A stretch of 64,000 nt of DNA, taken from positions 124,001 to 188,000 of IMG/VR virus record IMGVR_UViG_3300044640_001495; one strand, written 5' to 3'. The notes under the pieces are model-generated. The model searched no databases. It saw only the letters and a list, made by a program, of their open reading frames with translations, and was not told the origin of the DNA. Position 1 is the stretch's first letter; each line of letters begins with the position of its first letter. A program made the position numbers and the translations under genes. Positions 18,013 to 27,509 of the stretch are shown here, piece after piece.

Positions 18013-18041
18013 TTGCTTTTTACTCTAGATCTAAATATAAT
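18013..18041 (+). promoter_or_regulatory. sigma70-type promoter
   Basis: TTGCTT-N17-TATAAT (overlapping CTAAATA). Confidence 0.65.
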
Positions 18042-18064
18042 CTTAATATACAGGAGAACTTTCA

Positions 18065-18802
18065 ATGAAAGATATTTTACAAGACATCGTGTCACACACA
18101 CAAAACCTAGGCTTCTTAACCACAGTTAAAGTCACAGGCACAGACAAAGGCACAACTATCAACTCAATGGCCGATGACCGTTCAGTGATTATGGAGGCAG
18201 AAACTGCTAATCCGTACCCAGACATGATTGGTGTGTTTGGCATGCCACAATTAAACAAATTAAAATATTTGTTAGATGGTGCTGAATACAAAGAAAATGC
18301 TAAAATTTCTATTACCACAGCAGATCGCAATGGTGAAACAATTCCAACAGGCTTACACTTTGAAAACAAAGACGGCGATTTTAAAAACGACTATCGTTTT
18401 ATGAATGCTGAAATTATCAACGAAAAGATGAAGACTGTCAAGTTCCGTGGAGTTAAGTGGGATGTAGAACTAGAGCCAACTGTATCCGCAGTTCAACGTT
18501 TTAACTTCCAAGCAGGTGCTCATAACGAACATCCAACATTCTTGGCAAAGACAGACGGTGGCAACCTAAAGTTTATCTTTGGTGATGCATCAACACACGC
18601 AGGTGAGTTTATATTTGCACAAAACGTTGTAGGCAAACTTGATCGTGGTTGGACTTGGCCTGTTATGCCAATCTTAAGTATTCTTAAGATTGCAGATGTC
18701 AACAACACCAAGATGTCGTTGAGCAATGAAGGTGCTATTCAAATTACTCTTGACAGCGGCCTAGCATCATACAAATATATCATTCCAGCACAAGCGGCCT
18801 AA
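18065..18802 (+). CDS. probable sliding clamp (gp45/PCNA-like)
   Basis: 245 aa directly after polymerase; C-terminal YKYIIPA; polymerase ends in clamp-binding-like LFDF. Confidence 0.55.
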   Translation: MKDILQDIVSHTQNLGFLTTVKVTGTDKGTTINSMADDRSVIMEAETANPYPDMIGVFGMPQLNKLKYLLDGAEYKENAKISITTADRNGETIPTGLHFENKDGDFKNDYRFMNAEIINEKMKTVKFRGVKWDVELEPTVSAVQRFNFQAGAHNEHPTFLAKTDGGNLKFIFGDASTHAGEFIFAQNVVGKLDRGWTWPVMPILSILKIADVNNTKMSLSNEGAIQITLDSGLASYKYIIPAQAA

Positions 18803-18803
18803 T

Positions 18804-20348
18804 ATGAAAGAACCAGTCAATTTAACTCCACTACAAAAAGACTATGCGGTATACTTACCTGCTATTAGTTCTTTTTATAGTACCTACGTTGCTAAACAGC
18901 GATTAGAAGAATTTGTACCCAACGATCGTATTCCTGCAGGATTCGATCGTGGCATTGAAGGTATGAACTTTTTAAATCCCGAACAAGGCTACTTTACCTA
19001 CAAGTATGCTTTATATTCAGCAGGTCATGCACAATTAGATTTGAATAAGAGCATGACACAGGAGTCGATGATTCAACAGAGAGATCGTGCTAACACAATG
19101 ATCTTGGGCGACTCCGGTGGATACCAAATTGGTAAGGGTGTGTTAAAGTTTGATTGGCTCAACTTCGAAGGCCCCGCTGCAAACAAGACACGACAAAATA
19201 TTTTAGAGTGGCTTGAACTAACTGCTGATTGGTCCATGATGCTAGACGTTCCAACATGGGCATGTGATCACATTCACAGTCCCAAGACTGGATTGAAAAC
19301 ATTTGAAGATTGTCTAGAAAAGACACGATTCAATAACGATTACTTCTTGCAAAATCGTCTAGGCCAGACCAAATGGCTCAACGTACTGCAAGGCGGAGAC
19401 TGGGATACTGCTGAAAAGTGGTATAACGGCGTGAAAGAATTTAGTGATCCCAAAGGCAAATATGCCGGTAAGGAAGCAGAAGGTTGGGCAATGGGTGGCG
19501 CTAATATGTGCAAGATGCCCATTACACTAAAGAGGTTGATAACATTGAGAGACGAAGGTCTCTTAGAAGGCAAGGACTGGATGCACTTTTTAGGTACAGC
19601 ACAGCTTGACTGGTCGTGTTATCTTACATTAATTCAACGTGAAATTAAAAAGCACATAAATGAAAACTTTACCATCTCTTTTGATTGCGCCTCACCGTTC
19701 ATTGCAACAGCACACGGACTTGTCTACACCAACGCCCAGCACACCAACAAACGGTGGAGTGTTATCATGGACAAAGCCCCAGACACAAAAACCCTTAGCC
19801 AGAATTTTAACATCCCCTTCCCATTTGAAAGTGAATTCGGAAGTAGATTATCAATAGGCGATATCTGTTGGTACAAGCCTGGAATGCTTAACAAGATCAA
19901 CAAAGAAGGTAAAACTTCTTGGGATAGCTTCAGCTATGCACTAATGATGGGGCATAATGTTGAATGTCATATTAAGGCCGTACAACGTGCTCAACAATTC
20001 ATGGATATTGAATGTGCTAAACATAAGCCTGACTGGCGTATGTGGGGCGTTGAAGGCAAGAAAGAAATTGAATTCAGCGAATGGGTTCCACGCAAGATCC
20101 TTTACTTTGCCACATTCATTGAAGAATTGTTCAATACTAAAACTAAAGCCGAAGCATTTACATTGATCGACAATGCCAATCAATTCTTGACCAGTCTCGA
20201 AGGTGCTCGACTACAAGGCGGGCCAGTTGCCTATGGCAATAAAGATCTGTTTGATTGGGGTGATGCCAAGAAAGTTAAAGAAGAAGAATTTGATCAACAA
20301 GATGATGATGAGCTACGTGCATTGGAAGAAATCGTTCAAGGAGCATAA
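18804..20348 (+). CDS. dpdA: DpdA/tRNA-guanine transglycosylase-like protein
   Basis: TGT-fold motifs GDSGGYQ, MMLDVP, NVLQG, GWAMGG, HFLG, SFD; co-located with folE/queD/queE. Confidence 0.8.
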   Translation: MKEPVNLTPLQKDYAVYLPAISSFYSTYVAKQRLEEFVPNDRIPAGFDRGIEGMNFLNPEQGYFTYKYALYSAGHAQLDLNKSMTQESMIQQRDRANTMILGDSGGYQIGKGVLKFDWLNFEGPAANKTRQNILEWLELTADWSMMLDVPTWACDHIHSPKTGLKTFEDCLEKTRFNNDYFLQNRLGQTKWLNVLQGGDWDTAEKWYNGVKEFSDPKGKYAGKEAEGWAMGGANMCKMPITLKRLITLRDEGLLEGKDWMHFLGTAQLDWSCYLTLIQREIKKHINENFTISFDCASPFIATAHGLVYTNAQHTNKRWSVIMDKAPDTKTLSQNFNIPFPFESEFGSRLSIGDICWYKPGMLNKINKEGKTSWDSFSYALMMGHNVECHIKAVQRAQQFMDIECAKHKPDWRMWGVEGKKEIEFSEWVPRKILYFATFIEELFNTKTKAEAFTLIDNANQFLTSLEGARLQGGPVAYGNKDLFDWGDAKKVKEEEFDQQDDDELRALEEIVQGA

Positions 20349-20351
20349 TTT

Positions 20352-20537
20352 ATGTACGAACAGAGAATTAAACATTTGGAAGAAGCACATCATGCTTTGG
20401 ACAAACAAGTTGACACTTTGGAAAGAACAGGCCTGTTTGAAGACCTAAAATTAGAGCAATTGAAAAAAGAAAGGTTGCTCTTAAAGGATAAAATTGCTAT
20501 ACTAAAGCATAAGCAACAACTTCACACACAGGCATAA
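20352..20537 (+). CDS. DUF465/YdcH-like coiled-coil protein
   Basis: LEEAHHALDKQV...LKKERLLLKDKI pattern. Confidence 0.65.
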   Translation: MYEQRIKHLEEAHHALDKQVDTLERTGLFEDLKLEQLKKERLLLKDKIAILKHKQQLHTQA

Positions 20538-20538
20538 C

Positions 20539-20730
20539 ATGGTCCAACTGAACATATTTGAATTGAACAAAATTAAAACAATCTGCGAAGCTGTTGGCAC
20601 AGAGTATTTTACTCTTGAGCAAACAAATAGTTCAGGCATTGGTAGGGTATTAACAATGATTTATGATACAGAAATAGCAGACTATCCTGCTAGTGTTCGT
20701 GTCGAAGTATCTGGCGTGGAGACGTGGTAA
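20539..20730 (+). CDS. hypothetical protein
   Basis: 63-aa ORF in operon. Confidence 0.65.
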   Translation: MVQLNIFELNKIKTICEAVGTEYFTLEQTNSSGIGRVLTMIYDTEIADYPASVRVEVSGVETW

Positions 20731-21215
20731 TGAAACAAGAACTAGATAAGTTGTTGTGTGAGAAGTATCCTAAGATGATGGTGAACCGCAACAAGAACAT
20801 GCAGGAAACTTGTATGTGTTGGGGGTTCGAATGTGGCGATGGTTGGTTTAATATCCTAGATCAGCTTATGAGCAATATCCAACATCATATTGATTGGAAT
20901 AATCAAAATTTTGACAAAGGTTACAAGCAATACAAACAAGTTGCGCAGGTAACTCTGGATCAGGTTAAGGAAAAGTTTGGTACACTACGTTTTTACTACA
21001 CAGGTGGTGATGACATTATTGACGGTATGGTACGTATGGCAGAAAGCATGAGTGGATGTACCTGTGAGGAATGTGGCAATATCGGAAAAAGTCGCGGCGG
21101 CGGTTGGATCCATACTTACTGTGATCCTTGCGAAGAAGCACGTGAACTAGCACGTAAAAAGGCAGCTGATGAATACGAATTTAAAAAACTTCTCAAAGAA
21201 GGCAGTGAACAATGA
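20730..21215 (+). CDS. hypothetical protein with Cys pairs
   Basis: QVKEKFGTLRFY, CEECG, CDPC; TAATG coupling. Confidence 0.8.
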   Translation: MKQELDKLLCEKYPKMMVNRNKNMQETCMCWGFECGDGWFNILDQLMSNIQHHIDWNNQNFDKGYKQYKQVAQVTLDQVKEKFGTLRFYYTGGDDIIDGMVRMAESMSGCTCEECGNIGKSRGGGWIHTYCDPCEEARELARKKAADEYEFKKLLKEGSEQ

Positions 21216-21367
21216 AATGTACAACCTGTGGTCAAGCTATTTCAGAAACTTGTTCTTGGAACCAAGGACGATGCCCGCATCTGCCTAGTCTTGCAGAACA
21301 AATCATAAACAATCCCTACAAGGCACGTTTTCTTAATCTACTTAAATTTTTTAAAATCATAAAATGA
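21212..21367 (+). CDS. 51-aa Cys4 microprotein
   Basis: MKCTTCGQAISETCSWNQGRCPH...; ATGA overlaps at both ends; not in ORF track. Confidence 0.65.
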   Translation: MKCTTCGQAISETCSWNQGRCPHLPSLAEQIINNPYKARFLNLLKFFKIIK

Positions 21368-21891
21368 AAAGAAATTATTCCACTGGTATAGAAACTGCTA
21401 TAGAGTTTTTTACAGGCATTGAGATCGAAAAGACTCCTGCACATGGCATGAAAACACTGTTTGTTGTAGGAGTGCATGACGATCAAATTATTACCACCAT
21501 GGCCAAGAACAATGATTGCACACACATCTATTTTGGTGCTAATCAAAGTTTTAAAACCGATGGCGTTAATGATGCACACAATTGGCGCATGTGGGAAGAC
21601 ATGATCTATGTCTGCTTGGAAGAGGGCTACTGGTGTACACTAGACTTAGATGTCAGTGAAGTTGAAGGACTTCTTGAAAGCGGGCTTGTTGAGAAACAGC
21701 AGTTTATTCCGCAGATTTCGGTTAAACTGCCCTATTTACAACAGCTGGGATATAATGCTACAATAAAGATAGACGACAAAGATTTTAAGGCAACAAATCC
21801 TGGAGTGTGGTGCCATAACCTCCATGACCTACTTGGTAGAGACAAGTTTACCAGTTGGGATCAATATGGCAAAGATGAGATTATAAAATGA
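21364..21891 (+). CDS. hypothetical protein
   Basis: 175 aa, HIYFGANQSF motif; coupled in deazaguanine region. Confidence 0.85.
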   Translation: MKRNYSTGIETAIEFFTGIEIEKTPAHGMKTLFVVGVHDDQIITTMAKNNDCTHIYFGANQSFKTDGVNDAHNWRMWEDMIYVCLEEGYWCTLDLDVSEVEGLLESGLVEKQQFIPQISVKLPYLQQLGYNATIKIDDKDFKATNPGVWCHNLHDLLGRDKFTSWDQYGKDEIIK

Positions 21892-22268
21892 GTGGTGGAT
21901 ATGCAGTAGCATCAACAGCAAAGCAGAGACGGGTTCCGCGAATGACCGGCTCTAATCAAGTAAATCGTGCAAGACAATATATACAACAAAAACCTATGAA
22001 ATTATCAATTAGAGAACGAATTCGAAACTGGCTGTTAAAAGACGTTGACGACGCCGAGCTAGTATACGCTGAGGATTGCGACGGCGTTGACCTACATTCT
22101 CAAGGTTTCCGTTTACAAGTTTATGGTGCTAGCGGTGGTACTATTGTAGAGACAACTAAGTACGACCAAAAGAAAGATGAGAATCGTCACAGTCTATACG
22201 TGGTCACTGAAGACAAAGATCTCGGTCAAGAATTAGCAAAAATTATAACCATGGAGCAACTGCGATGA
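21888..22268 (+). CDS. hypothetical protein
   Basis: 126-aa coupled ORF. Confidence 0.8.
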   Translation: MSGGYAVASTAKQRRVPRMTGSNQVNRARQYIQQKPMKLSIRERIRNWLLKDVDDAELVYAEDCDGVDLHSQGFRLQVYGASGGTIVETTKYDQKKDENRHSLYVVTEDKDLGQELAKIITMEQLR

Positions 22269-22492
22269 AACATCCCAATCTAGATGTAAAAAAAATCACG
22301 ATAAAAGAAACTGATGCATACAGAGTTCGTGTTGAAAGTTGGGAAAGTATAAGTCCACAAGGACTGTTTGCAGTAGATATCATTCAAGAATGTTTAGACA
22401 CTGAGAAAAATATCACTGAATCCAGTACCTACAATTTTCACATGACTAGAGAAGAAATTAAAACGCTGTGCGAAGGACTGTTGTCATTATGA
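22265..22492 (+). CDS. hypothetical protein
   Basis: 75-aa coupled ORF. Confidence 0.75.
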   Translation: MKHPNLDVKKITIKETDAYRVRVESWESISPQGLFAVDIIQECLDTEKNITESSTYNFHMTREEIKTLCEGLLSL

Positions 22493-22878
22493 TTATCAAA
22501 CAAGACATTAGACCCAACAAAATGATTTGGGTTACCTTTCAGAAAGAAGGTATGCACAAATATCCAGCGGCGCTGACAGACCCAGCACTTGCTACAGGAG
22601 ATGAATATGATGTAAGTTTCCTAGGCTATCCGCATCGGCATATCTTCCACTTTAAAGTTTGGATTGGTGTTACCCACGATGATCGAGATATTGAGTTTAT
22701 TCAGTTTAAACGATGGTTGCTAAATCTTTATAAAGATGCTACACTTAGTTTAGACTACAAGAGTTGTGAAATGATGTCAGGCGATTTGTATGACGTCATT
22801 AACAAAAAGTATCCAGGTCGTGAGGTTTGGATTGAGGTCTCCGAAGACGGAGAAAATGGTTCATTTATTAAGTACTAA
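22489..22878 (+). CDS. queD: QueD-like 6-carboxytetrahydropterin synthase (T-fold)
   Basis: HxY...PHRHIFHF, IEF, SCEM, VSEDGENG; ATG 22489 coupled. Confidence 0.75.
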   Translation: MIIKQDIRPNKMIWVTFQKEGMHKYPAALTDPALATGDEYDVSFLGYPHRHIFHFKVWIGVTHDDRDIEFIQFKRWLLNLYKDATLSLDYKSCEMMSGDLYDVINKKYPGREVWIEVSEDGENGSFIKY

Positions 22879-22891
22879 AAGGAAAGCTATA

Positions 22892-23149
22892 ATGGCTAAG
22901 AATTACAGAGATTATTCCTATTTTGAAAATCGTCCCGACGTTGTTCGGATCTTTGATGACTTGGATACATATCTAGATTGGTGTAGATTAGAACTGCAAC
23001 CATTTAATCCTGCAGATCTCTATAAGAGAGATTCTGTAACTTATCAGTCTTACCTGGCAAGTCGTCGTCCAGCAAGACGCCCATATTTAGGCAACAAGCC
23101 TCGTTGGGACAATAACGGTCGTCGCAATGAGCAGAATTTTTCTCGTTGA
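22892..23149 (+). CDS. hypothetical protein
   Basis: ATG 22892 with AAGGA SD. Confidence 0.75.
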   Translation: MAKNYRDYSYFENRPDVVRIFDDLDTYLDWCRLELQPFNPADLYKRDSVTYQSYLASRRPARRPYLGNKPRWDNNGRRNEQNFSR

Positions 23150-24230
23150 TCTAGAAGCAGTTGAGACAAGGTACACGGGTCAATGGAAGACTCATGTACC
23201 TGCACTCTTACGAAAGGCAGGACACAATGTCAACATTATATCAGGTCCTACGGACATTCCTAGTGCTACCACTCCTGGGGCATTTCTCAACTTTGGCGGC
23301 ACTAATATCTACAAGGCTAGTCAAGTTGAGCAGATGGGCCGTTTATTTTGTTCCGGAGCAGTTAAGCCTGGCGATCATTTTTTGTTTACTGACGCTTGGC
23401 ATCCTGGTATCATAAACTTAAAGTATATGAGCGAGTTGCTGGGCATTCCAATAACAACACATGGCTTATGGCATGCTGGTTCATATGATCCGCAAGACTT
23501 CCTAGGACGTCTTGTTGGCAACAAGCCTTGGGTGCGTAATGCAGAGAAATCGTTCTTTTCTGCCTTTGATCACAACTACTTTGCCACTGACTTTCATATT
23601 GAATTGTTTAATAGAGAATTACTGAACAATGGGCATACTGTAGAAAATCCTTGGTACGAGGAAGAACTTAAAGAAATACTTGCAGGCGAGTATCCTAAGT
23701 TTGTACGCACAGGTTGGCCTATGGAGTATATGCAGGACACTTTGCTAATGTATAAGAACATGAAGAAGCGTGATCTTATTCTATTCCCGCATCGTGTTGC
23801 TCCAGAGAAACAGGTTGAAATATTCCGTGATCTAAAACATCAGTTGCCGCAATATGAATTTGTTGTTTGTCAAGATCAACAGTTGACCAAAAATGAATAT
23901 CACAATTTGTTAGGTGAAGCAAAAATGGTATTCAGTGCCAATCTACAAGAAACACTGGGTATCAGTTGGTACGAAGGTGCTATTGTGGATGCTATTCCAA
24001 TGGTGCCGGATCGCCTAAGCTATAGCGAAATGGCTCTTGATACATTTAAGTATCCTAGCAAATGGACTGAAAGTTTTGAAGCATATACTGTATATCGTCC
24101 AGACATCTGTAAAACAATTATAGAACATATGGAAAATTACAGAACTCGTATATCTAGCCTAAATAAACAGGTAGATATACTAAAAGAAAACTTTTTTAGT
24201 TGCAATAAACTATTAGAGATGTTAAAATAA
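23127..24230 (+). CDS. GT-B fold glycosyltransferase
   Basis: FTDAWHPG, HAGS, ILFPHR..PEKQ, ETLGISWYEG (ExFG...E-type signature). Confidence 0.8.
   Translation: MSRIFLVDLEAVETRYTGQWKTHVPALLRKAGHNVNIISGPTDIPSATTPGAFLNFGGTNIYKASQVEQMGRLFCSGAVKPGDHFLFTDAWHPGIINLKYMSELLGIPITTHGLWHAGSYDPQDFLGRLVGNKPWVRNAEKSFFSAFDHNYFATDFHIELFNRELLNNGHTVENPWYEEELKEILAGEYPKFVRTGWPMEYMQDTLLMYKNMKKRDLILFPHRVAPEKQVEIFRDLKHQLPQYEFVVCQDQQLTKNEYHNLLGEAKMVFSANLQETLGISWYEGAIVDAIPMVPDRLSYSEMALDTFKYPSKWTESFEAYTVYRPDICKTIIEHMENYRTRISSLNKQVDILKENFFSCNKLLEMLK
24200..24228 (+). promoter_or_regulatory. sigma70-type promoter upstream of folE
   Basis: TTGCAA-N17-TAAAAT. Confidence 0.55.
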
Positions 24231-24272
24231 TATAACAAATGTCATCCACGACATTAACTCGGAGAAATAAAA

Positions 24273-25016
24273 TTGACAAGTAAAGAAACAGGCTTGGACG
24301 CAATGGCAGGCGATGGCGGATATGAAGAAGCATACCTATCAGATGTACTTCGCTTTAAAATGAAGCGTGAAGGAAAACGCTTTTGGGCAGGCGATAACAT
24401 CAGCGACTATCTGTATGAAGGCGATATAGAACGACTAATTGACGAAGCAACGCCCGCATTTGAACAAGTGCTAGACAAGTTGCTCATTGATCGCGAGAAC
24501 GATCCTAACAGTAAAGGTACAGCCCGTCGACTGGCTAAAATGTACTTCAATGAAATCATGGAAGGTAGATATCAAGCTGCTCCAGATTGTACTGCTTTTC
24601 CCAACGATAGTGAGGATAGATATGAGGGTATGTTGGTTGTTCGCAGTGAGCTTCGTAGCATGTGCAGTCACCATCACCAGCCTGTGGCTGGCGTCGCGTA
24701 TATCGGTATCATCGCCGCACAAAAACTTATCGGCTTGTCAAAGTACACAAGAATAGCACAGTGGTGTGCTAGACGTGGTACTCTGCAAGAAGAACTATGT
24801 AACGACATTGCCCGTGAGATTAGCAAGGCAACTGATAGCGACAATGTAGCAGTCTATATACAGGCCACACATGGTTGCTGTGAGAATCGTGGCATCATGG
24901 CACACTCTAGTCTAACACAGACTACAGTACTTAAAGGTTCGTTTAAAGATGATCCTCACACAAAGAAAGAGTTTTTTGATAACATCAAACTACAACAAGA
25001 GTTTGCACCACGATAA
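24273..25016 (+). CDS. folE: GTP cyclohydrolase I
   Basis: SMCSHHHQP, IGLSKYTRI, LQEEL, HGCCENRG; TTG start with GGAG SD. Confidence 0.95.
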   Translation: MTSKETGLDAMAGDGGYEEAYLSDVLRFKMKREGKRFWAGDNISDYLYEGDIERLIDEATPAFEQVLDKLLIDRENDPNSKGTARRLAKMYFNEIMEGRYQAAPDCTAFPNDSEDRYEGMLVVRSELRSMCSHHHQPVAGVAYIGIIAAQKLIGLSKYTRIAQWCARRGTLQEELCNDIAREISKATDSDNVAVYIQATHGCCENRGIMAHSSLTQTTVLKGSFKDDPHTKKEFFDNIKLQQEFAPR

Positions 25017-25024
25017 GGAATATC

Positions 25025-25528
25025 ATGAGCCAAGTATATGTAATTAAACCTCTAGAGAAGAAAAGCATTGTCTACCATGTAGAAATGTATCGTAATAATC
25101 CAGACGGTAGCGTCGGTTGGTTTAACCTCGACGAAACATATCGTTGGGGGCAAGGCTTTGTAGAAGGCGACCTAGATTGCAATCTTCCTTGGGAAGGTGA
25201 CGATGTTGCCTATGCCAGAGCAGATGTGGGCTGGGGTTGCGAGTTCGATGATAGTTGTAGCATCGAATTTGAATTCAGCGATGATATCGACGAGGCTGAA
25301 CAAGAATCTATTCGTGAAGCCTATTACGAAGGCGGCGCTGGCTGGCTGTTTGACGGTGAGCATGAATGGCTGGAAGAAGACACTGCTGTACACATCATTG
25401 CGCCTTATCAGGTAGATCTGTGCGAAGATGATGGTACAGTCATTGAAGAAAATGTTAAACTTAAACCAAGGCCTGATCCAAGAACTTCTTGGCCGTGGAG
25501 TGTAGATAATCCTAAACCAGAAGAATAG
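25025..25528 (+). CDS. acidic hypothetical protein
   Basis: 167 aa, SD AAGGA. Confidence 0.8.
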   Translation: MSQVYVIKPLEKKSIVYHVEMYRNNPDGSVGWFNLDETYRWGQGFVEGDLDCNLPWEGDDVAYARADVGWGCEFDDSCSIEFEFSDDIDEAEQESIREAYYEGGAGWLFDGEHEWLEEDTAVHIIAPYQVDLCEDDGTVIEENVKLKPRPDPRTSWPWSVDNPKPEE

Positions 25529-25532
25529 CATT

Positions 25533-25751
25533 ATGACTACCGCAAAAGAACTAACCGATAATTTAATTAATCGTGCAAAAAACTTGCAGGAGTTTGTTGT
25601 AGAACGAGACTGGGATTTAATTCCCGCTGGTGTAATCAAATATAACATACAGCACACTGTGGGCCAACCTGCACGTATCTTTGTACACGCAATGACACAA
25701 CAAGAAGCAGAGCGTCAAGTAGATGATTGGTTTGGTGAAGGTGTAGAATGA
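25533..25751 (+). CDS. hypothetical protein
   Basis: 72-aa ORF. Confidence 0.7.
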   Translation: MTTAKELTDNLINRAKNLQEFVVERDWDLIPAGVIKYNIQHTVGQPARIFVHAMTQQEAERQVDDWFGEGVE

Positions 25752-26167
25752 TTAAACCTCTACGTAATGACCTAATGGTACAACAACAGGTAGACGATGC
25801 TTGGCAGCATTTTGTCGGTGTAATCATGCTGAATCAAACTGGACGCAAAGCTGTAAAGACCACGCTACCAGAATTCCTATATTGGTTTCCTACAGCACTA
25901 TCTTTGTTACACGCAGACGAAGAGTTTGTCAAAAGCATTATCCAACCCTTGGGAATGGTTAATGTTCGCTATAGTCGTTTGATTAGAATGAGTCAAGACT
26001 ATTTGACTTGGGACGGAAATGATGCTACAAAGTTATATGGCATTGGAAAATACGGCAGCGACAGCTATGAAATTTTTTACAAGAACAATTATGGCGTAAT
26101 GCCTACGGACAAAGAATTAATAAGATACCTCAAGGAAGAAGTTGAAAATGTTTTTGAAACTGCTTGA
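25748..26167 (+). CDS. MBD4-like HhH-GPD DNA glycosylase
   Basis: WQHFVGVIMLNQT, FP, QPLGM, LYGIGKYGSDSYEIF, VMPTDKEL (catalytic Asp position). Confidence 0.85.
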   Translation: MIKPLRNDLMVQQQVDDAWQHFVGVIMLNQTGRKAVKTTLPEFLYWFPTALSLLHADEEFVKSIIQPLGMVNVRYSRLIRMSQDYLTWDGNDATKLYGIGKYGSDSYEIFYKNNYGVMPTDKELIRYLKEEVENVFETA

Positions 26168-26600
26168 ACAGTTAGGTCGCAAACGTATCATTTTTGATCG
26201 TGTTTGCAACGAGCCTTACCTAGAACGCTACTATGTGTTTTTAAAAGATCGAACGCACTTTCCATTCAACATATTCTTACACAAATTCCTAAAAGGTGAT
26301 CCCGATGATGTACATGATCATCCGTGGCCTTACGCCACTCTAATTTTAAAAGGAGGTTACTACGAATACACTCCTAATTTTGAATATGGCAAAATGGTCG
26401 GAGAAACTAAGCATTGGCGCGGGCCTGGACACTTTCGAATCTGTAGTTCTAATAGCTATCATCGTATCGAATTAAAACAAGGAGTCACTGCTTGGACTCT
26501 GTTCATGCCCGGCCCACACAAACGCGATTGGGGATTTTTAGTCAACAACAAATGGATTCAACACGAGCAGTATCTTAAGGAGCGTCATGGAAAAGCGTAA
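26148..26600 (+). CDS. cupin-fold protein
   Basis: LHKF..GD..VHDHPW..LKGGY.E and YHRI...WTLF motifs. Confidence 0.7.
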   Translation: MFLKLLEQLGRKRIIFDRVCNEPYLERYYVFLKDRTHFPFNIFLHKFLKGDPDDVHDHPWPYATLILKGGYYEYTPNFEYGKMVGETKHWRGPGHFRICSSNSYHRIELKQGVTAWTLFMPGPHKRDWGFLVNNKWIQHEQYLKERHGKA

Positions 26601-27132
26601 AGTAAGTTGGCAAGAGTTTCAAGGCCTAGTGGCAAAGATTTGTAGAGATATTTCTCTAAATAAATGGCGCCCAGATTACGTAGTAGGCATTACCCGAGGC
26701 GGGCTATTGCCTGCTGTCATGATCAGTCAGTATTTTAATATTCCCTGCGAAACACTGAAAGTAAGTCTACGAGACAACGGCGGTGATCATGCCACTGAAA
26801 GCAATCTTTGGATGTCTGAAGATGCATTCGGTTATCCTATATACGACCTTATGGTGTCAGGCGGTGAAAAAAAGAATATACTGGTAGTAGACGATATCAA
26901 CGATACAGGTGCAACTATTAACTGGATTTTAAACGATTGGCAATCTGGATGTTTACCCGATGACGAAAGATGGCTTGACGAAATATGGAATCAAAATGTA
27001 AAGTTTGCCACAATATTCGATAACCTTGCCAGCGAGTCCAAAGTCAAAATGGACTATGTTGGGGAAGAGATCAACAAAGCAGAAAATCCTGTATGGATTG
27101 AATTTCCCTTTGAAGAGTGGTGGACTAAATGA
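26587..27132 (+). CDS. type I phosphoribosyltransferase (purine PRT-like)
   Basis: VVGITRGGLLPA, ILVVDDINDTGAT PRPP-binding motif. Confidence 0.88.
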   Translation: MEKRKVSWQEFQGLVAKICRDISLNKWRPDYVVGITRGGLLPAVMISQYFNIPCETLKVSLRDNGGDHATESNLWMSEDAFGYPIYDLMVSGGEKKNILVVDDINDTGATINWILNDWQSGCLPDDERWLDEIWNQNVKFATIFDNLASESKVKMDYVGEEINKAENPVWIEFPFEEWWTK

Positions 27133-27509
27133 GAAAAGAAGATTACATACTAGCAGATGCAGAGAAGGAAGGTATTGCACCGTGGAAGGACTTGGTCCGG
27201 GAAGACTTCCATGTCAAGGTCTTTAAAGATAAGTACCCTGTATCCGAAGGTCATTTGTTGTTTGTGCCGCAGTATGCAGCCGATGGAGTGATTGTCGACT
27301 GCTTTAGTGATGCACTAACACACGGCAAAGATATGGTAGAGAAAGGTGAGTGGGATGGATTTAATATTGGAATCAATTGGGGTGAGGCAGCGGGTCAGAC
27401 CGTAATGTACCCGCATATACATCTAATTCCAAGACGCAAAGGAGACATGGCGGATCCTCGTGGCGGTGTTAGACATGTTATTCCAGAAAAAGGAAATTAT
27501 AAAAAATGA
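27129..27509 (+). CDS. HIT-family hydrolase
   Basis: KYPVSEGHLLFVP, GFNIGIN.G.AAGQTV..PHIHLIPRR. Confidence 0.9.
   Translation: MRKEDYILADAEKEGIAPWKDLVREDFHVKVFKDKYPVSEGHLLFVPQYAADGVIVDCFSDALTHGKDMVEKGEWDGFNIGINWGEAAGQTVMYPHIHLIPRRKGDMADPRGGVRHVIPEKGNYKK

Noticed and set aside
24239-24254. ATGTC/GACAT hairpin in folE leader as a preQ1 riboswitch
   Set aside because: Only a 5-bp stem; no preQ1 aptamer consensus or pseudoknot recognisable
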